Shown: one piece after another, positions 16,155 to 20,000 of the stretch
Numbering within the stretch: position 1 is the stretch's first letter
Layout of the letters: every line of letters begins with the position of its first letter
IMG/VR virus record: IMGVR_UViG_3300042883_000765
Strand: one strand, 5' to 3'
Length of the DNA stretch: 20,000 bases
Source of the DNA: an uncultured virus (IMG/VR IMGVR_UViG_3300042883_000765)
Lineage: Duplodnaviria > Heunggongvirae > Uroviricota > Caudoviricetes
The notes under the pieces: model-generated
What the model was told of the DNA's origin: nothing
The model's input: the letters and a program-made list of their open reading frames with translations, nothing else
The model's database searches: none
Translations under genes and position numbers: made by a program

Positions 16155-16445
16155 ATGTCTCAAGAATTAAATGCGCCGCTAGAGGACATTATTAAAGTGT
16201 CAGGTAGCAGTAATCCCCAAAGTGTCGGCTCAATCGTTGCTCGTGCAGTTATCGCTAAACAGCAACCTAAGATTCGCGCTATCGGAGCATCAGCCGTTAA
16301 CCAAGCCGTCAAGGCTTGCGCTATTGCCCGTGGTTTTGTTGCACCACGCGGTGTTGACCTTACCTTTGTCATAGGTTTTGATGACATTGAAGGCGAAAAT
16401 GGTACTACAATAAGTGCTATGTCCTTCAAACCTGTAGAAAGGTAA
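16155..16445 (+). CDS. spoVS: SpoVS-family protein (Alba-like fold)
   Basis: IKVS..SNP.SV...A......IRAIGASAVNQAVKA.AIARGFVAP.G.DL matches the SpoVS signature closely. GGAG RBS. Confidence 0.93.
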   Translation: MSQELNAPLEDIIKVSGSSNPQSVGSIVARAVIAKQQPKIRAIGASAVNQAVKACAIARGFVAPRGVDLTFVIGFDDIEGENGTTISAMSFKPVER

Positions 16446-16448
16446 ATA

Positions 16449-17240
16449 ATGGCTGATAACATTAACTTTAATACCTCTGAGAATGATTCCAGCCGCCCTA
16501 CTGGTTCTGCTCAATTTGAACGCCTTCGCGGTCAAATCAATAGGAACTCACACTTCTTCTTAGGACGGGGAACCGTACCCAGTGCTGATCCCGTAGCCCA
16601 GTTAGGTTCGGATGAAGAAGTTCGTGCCCGACTTGCTGAAGGTCGCAGTGGTACTCCAGTAAGTACTGGGGGAGTGCCAACAGATGTTGTAACAGGAGCA
16701 ATACCCGTACAAGGTGATGAACGAAATGTAGTGTTTCCAAAAGCATTGCGTAAAACCCCAACCCCAAGTTCGGAACCAAGATCACCTCTAACTGAAAGCA
16801 CAAGTCTTGTTGGTCCTGGTGTTCCTCGTATCATTACCAGCCCACGCGTTGACCCAGTTCAGGCTCGTTCGGAAGATGCGGCTCTTTATGAAGGAATACT
16901 CCGTAGCCGAGCGGCAATAGAAGACATGATGACAGATACTGGCGCACCTATTTACCGTGCACCCCAGCGTTCTGAAGGTATGGACGCTGGAATGGCACAA
17001 CGAGATAGAGAAGCATCAAGGCGACAGAGTGAACTTACGCGAGATGTCCGAGATGCTGAGGGCAATGTAATTGATATGAAGGCTAAGACTAAGGTTCAAG
17101 CCAACGATAAACCTAAAGGACCAAACAAGGGTGGTCGTCCTAAGAAAGACACCACCCCAGCACCTAAAAAGGCTGTTGGTCGCCCCAAGAAAGAGACTGC
17201 CCCTAAGAAGGCAGTCGGTCGTCCAAAGAAAAATAAGTAA
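16449..17240 (+). CDS. Hypothetical, largely low-complexity protein with C-terminal AT-hook-like GRPKK repeats
   Basis: KGGRPKK, then APKKAVGRPKK twice. AAAGG RBS. Confidence 0.75.
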   Translation: MADNINFNTSENDSSRPTGSAQFERLRGQINRNSHFFLGRGTVPSADPVAQLGSDEEVRARLAEGRSGTPVSTGGVPTDVVTGAIPVQGDERNVVFPKALRKTPTPSSEPRSPLTESTSLVGPGVPRIITSPRVDPVQARSEDAALYEGILRSRAAIEDMMTDTGAPIYRAPQRSEGMDAGMAQRDREASRRQSELTRDVRDAEGNVIDMKAKTKVQANDKPKGPNKGGRPKKDTTPAPKKAVGRPKKETAPKKAVGRPKKNK

Positions 17241-17256
17241 ATAAAAGGCTAACAAT

Positions 17257-17418
17257 ATGGCACCGCTAGACCCACCCTCATGGGATGACATGCTGGACAA
17301 TTTGGGATACTCAACTGATGATGAAGATGACGATCTTTACTATGTAAGAAAAGCATCTAAAGATAAGAGCAAAGTTAAACCCAAAGTTAAAGATTATGAA
17401 TGGGACGATTACGACTGA
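17257..17418 (+). CDS. Small protein, 53 aa (MAPLDPPSWDDML...YEWDDYD), absent from the ORF track
   Basis: Translated by hand. AAAGG RBS; its TGA overlaps the next ATG. Confidence 0.65.
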   Translation: MAPLDPPSWDDMLDNLGYSTDDEDDDLYYVRKASKDKSKVKPKVKDYEWDDYD

Positions 17419-17555
17419 TGGCAAAGAAAACATACCGACCCGACCCTCGCAACGAGTTCATCAAGCGAGGAATTAAAAAGCCACGCCCCGTAGAACCTTT
17501 TGGTGGCGGTCAGGGTGGCATGTTTACTGGTACATCTCCAGGATTTGGTGGCTAG
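17418..17555 (+). CDS. Small basic/Gly-rich protein, 45 aa (MAKKTYRPDP...PGFGG), absent from the ORF track
   Basis: TGATG and TAGTG overlaps at both ends. Confidence 0.65.
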   Translation: MAKKTYRPDPRNEFIKRGIKKPRPVEPFGGGQGGMFTGTSPGFGG

Positions 17556-18043
17556 TGGCTACCTCATTTGCCAACTGGCAGTCCCCATCATCTAGCCCTG
17601 AATCAGGCATGGTCTCGGGAACGGGTCCAACGCCTGTATTCCGTAGCGCCAAAGATCAGCGCATCTCTGCATTTGGAGTTGGTCCTGACACCCAATACCC
17701 CGATGGGTATCTTGGGACCATGTCCAGCAACCGCCGTCAGGACAAACTGACTAACGCCGCGGTTCGTGCCAATCAGCGAGCATATTCCCGCGGAGTTCAT
17801 AAAGGAGAGCGGATTAATGCTGGAGATTATATTTGGCCTCAAGAATTTAATCTTTTAACTGGAATCATGCTTGAATCTAAGGGTAAGAAGTTTGCGCCCC
17901 CAGGAGCAGAACCAGTCCGATTAACCAATGACGGTAAGGCAGGACCTCGCGGTATTCCGCGTGGTTTAGAGCGACCCGACAAGCAAATTATAGATATGCA
18001 ACGAAGAAGCATGCTAAAATCACTTGCACCAATGTGGAAGTAA
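17555..18043 (+). CDS. Conserved hypothetical phage protein, 162 aa
   Basis: Coupled GTG start. YPDGYLGT and RGVHKGERI motifs look like a conserved core. Confidence 0.75.
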   Translation: MATSFANWQSPSSSPESGMVSGTGPTPVFRSAKDQRISAFGVGPDTQYPDGYLGTMSSNRRQDKLTNAAVRANQRAYSRGVHKGERINAGDYIWPQEFNLLTGIMLESKGKKFAPPGAEPVRLTNDGKAGPRGIPRGLERPDKQIIDMQRRSMLKSLAPMWK

Positions 18044-18066
18044 ACACATACTAAGGAGTAATTATC

Positions 18067-18354
18067 ATGGCAAAAGTAATGCGTGGCGTCCATCGCCGTA
18101 ATCGTGAACATGGACAAGCATGGGGCACCTCTGTAAACGCACCTGCCTACGGTGGCAGTCAAGCCTACTTTGGCGATGACTATGAACAAGGTGACAGTAT
18201 GTACGATGAGGCTTGGGGTCCCGTTGAATCACAGGCTGAAGCCATTGCTATGCAAGGCTACATGGACACACCAACGCCCACTGGTCCGTCATACCCAATG
18301 ACCAGCAAAAAAGACTGTGAATGCGGTAAGCCCAACTGCGATTGTAAGAAGTAA
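18067..18354 (+). CDS. Hypothetical protein, 95 aa, with Cys-rich tail CECGKPNCDC
   Basis: TAAGGAG RBS. Confidence 0.75.
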   Translation: MAKVMRGVHRRNREHGQAWGTSVNAPAYGGSQAYFGDDYEQGDSMYDEAWGPVESQAEAIAMQGYMDTPTPTGPSYPMTSKKDCECGKPNCDCKK

Positions 18355-18360
18355 TAACTC

Positions 18361-18609
18361 ATGCAGGTCATTAAGGACATCACAGAACTACAGCCACTTG
18401 CTGGTGGAAGTATGGGTAGCGGTGGTGGTCGTAAAAAGCCACCGACCACTCCCAACGACCGCGATAACTCAAGTGGTGACTGGCGTGAACCACGACAGTG
18501 GGACGAGCGTTCTTTAAACCCACGCCAAGTTCATTTCCGCACTGGTCATGCTGAATCCAAAGGTGTGGTACCAGCAAATAACTATTACGAACAAGGTAGG
18601 TTGTACTAA
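18361..18609 (+). CDS. Hypothetical protein, 82 aa
   Basis: Starts 6 nt after the previous stop; TAATG overlap with the next ORF. Confidence 0.6.
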   Translation: MQVIKDITELQPLAGGSMGSGGGRKKPPTTPNDRDNSSGDWREPRQWDERSLNPRQVHFRTGHAESKGVVPANNYYEQGRLY

Positions 18610-18788
18610 TGGACCCACAATCATTAAACCCAAACCGCAAGACAGACCGTTACGCACATAACACGCGTACCAGTAAAAACGATGAGTATTACGGTACTGG
18701 TGACTGGGACGACGACATGGACCCCGATACACGCCGTAGCGCCATGAACAGAATGTCAAACCGACGAGATTTGGAAGAGGATTATTAA
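18609..18788 (+). CDS. Small protein, 59 aa (MDPQSLNPNRKTDRYAH...), absent from the ORF track
   Basis: Translated by hand. TAATG coupling; N-terminus similar to the 18966 ORF. Confidence 0.7.
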   Translation: MDPQSLNPNRKTDRYAHNTRTSKNDEYYGTGDWDDDMDPDTRRSAMNRMSNRRDLEEDY

Positions 18789-18792
18789 ATTA

Positions 18793-18963
18793 ATGACCCA
18801 ACTAAATGGACCACAATTTCAACGACCACGGCTCAAGTCAGTACCTGCTGATCAAATCAGCGATGACTTCAAAGCCGTAGGCGAAGCCATTAAAGGCGCT
18901 GTACATGACAAGTTTAATAATCAACCTAAGCAAAGACCTACACTTAAGATTAAGGAGAAGTAA
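18793..18963 (+). CDS. Small protein, 56 aa (MTQLNGPQFQRP...), absent from the ORF track
   Basis: GAGGA RBS; tightly packed between neighbours. Confidence 0.65.
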   Translation: MTQLNGPQFQRPRLKSVPADQISDDFKAVGEAIKGAVHDKFNNQPKQRPTLKIKEK

Positions 18964-18965
18964 CC

Positions 18966-19127
18966 ATGGACGGACAAGCAAGAAGCCCAAAGCGTAAGAC
19001 AGATCGTAAAGCACACGCAGAACGCATCGCTAGTGAAGACCCCTTTGCTGGTTATGTAAAACAACTATTCCGGAATGGGTTTGATAATGTTCGCTGGGAT
19101 AGCGATAAGAAGAACCAAAACAAGTAA
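18966..19127 (+). CDS. Small protein, 53 aa (MDGQARSPKRKTDRKAH...), absent from the ORF track
   Basis: TAAGGAG RBS; N-terminus similar to the 18609 ORF. Confidence 0.75.
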   Translation: MDGQARSPKRKTDRKAHAERIASEDPFAGYVKQLFRNGFDNVRWDSDKKNQNK

Positions 19128-19132
19128 CCCTT

Positions 19133-19419
19133 ATGGGAAAACCTTGGCAATCGCATGAAGAGTTTCTCGTTGATCAGGCTCTAGAAGCCGCGATTAGCGA
19201 CCCTAAGACTATTCGTGAGATTCGCCCTGCACACCCACAAGTACTGTTTCCTGAGACGCGAGGAATGATTAAGATGGTCGCTGGTATCAACGACATCCTA
19301 TCTATTAACCGTTACGCCGCGAGTAACCGCTCGTGGCTCTCAGGCATGCCCGTACGACGCACAGAACTCGCCTCGGGTGAATGGACAGGAACTGGTCGCT
19401 ATTCAATGGAGTCATTAGG

Positions 19420-19423
<4 letters not shown>
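19133..19423 (+). CDS. Hypothetical protein, 96 aa
   Basis: Packed in the operon; ATGA overlap with the next ORF. Confidence 0.7.

Positions 19424-20000
<577 letters not shown>

Noticed and set aside
3586..18759. Numerous antisense and off-frame ORFs in the track (e.g. 12034..12519, 8988..9401, 16160..16462)
   Set aside because: They are shadows of well-supported + strand genes. Their Ser runs are the reverse complement of Asp/Glu codons.

Overview
The window is a gene-dense fragment of a tailed dsDNA phage genome. An actinobacteriophage-like lineage is suggested by gene content, but the host is inference only. It has four parts. (1) 1-1220 is the end of a + strand operon: a small membrane protein and a SLOG-like/HeH protein, closed by a bidirectional terminator. 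(2) 1290-3102 is a translationally coupled - strand cassette: Dps, three small Lys/Arg-rich proteins and a conserved phage protein. (3) 3311-16114 is a near-complete replication/recombination operon. It holds an HTH initiator with an intragenic iteron-type origin, DnaC-like loader, DnaB, DnaG-type primase, MerR-type HTH, gp32-like SSB, family A polymerase, RecA, Cas4-like nuclease, a UvsY-like candidate and two resolvase-like nucleases. (4) From 16155 come spoVS, an AT-hook-like protein and a run of tiny, likely disordered proteins, two sharing an N-terminal motif. The sequence ends in a poly-C tract that is probably a sequencing artefact. The strongest non-coding signals are the palindromic iteron array with an adjacent perfect 15-bp hairpin, three hairpins with CTAAC at the loop, and a structured divergent dps/initiator control region. 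No tRNA, rRNA, CRISPR array, intein or transposase was recognised. All functional calls come from reading motifs by eye; no searches were run.
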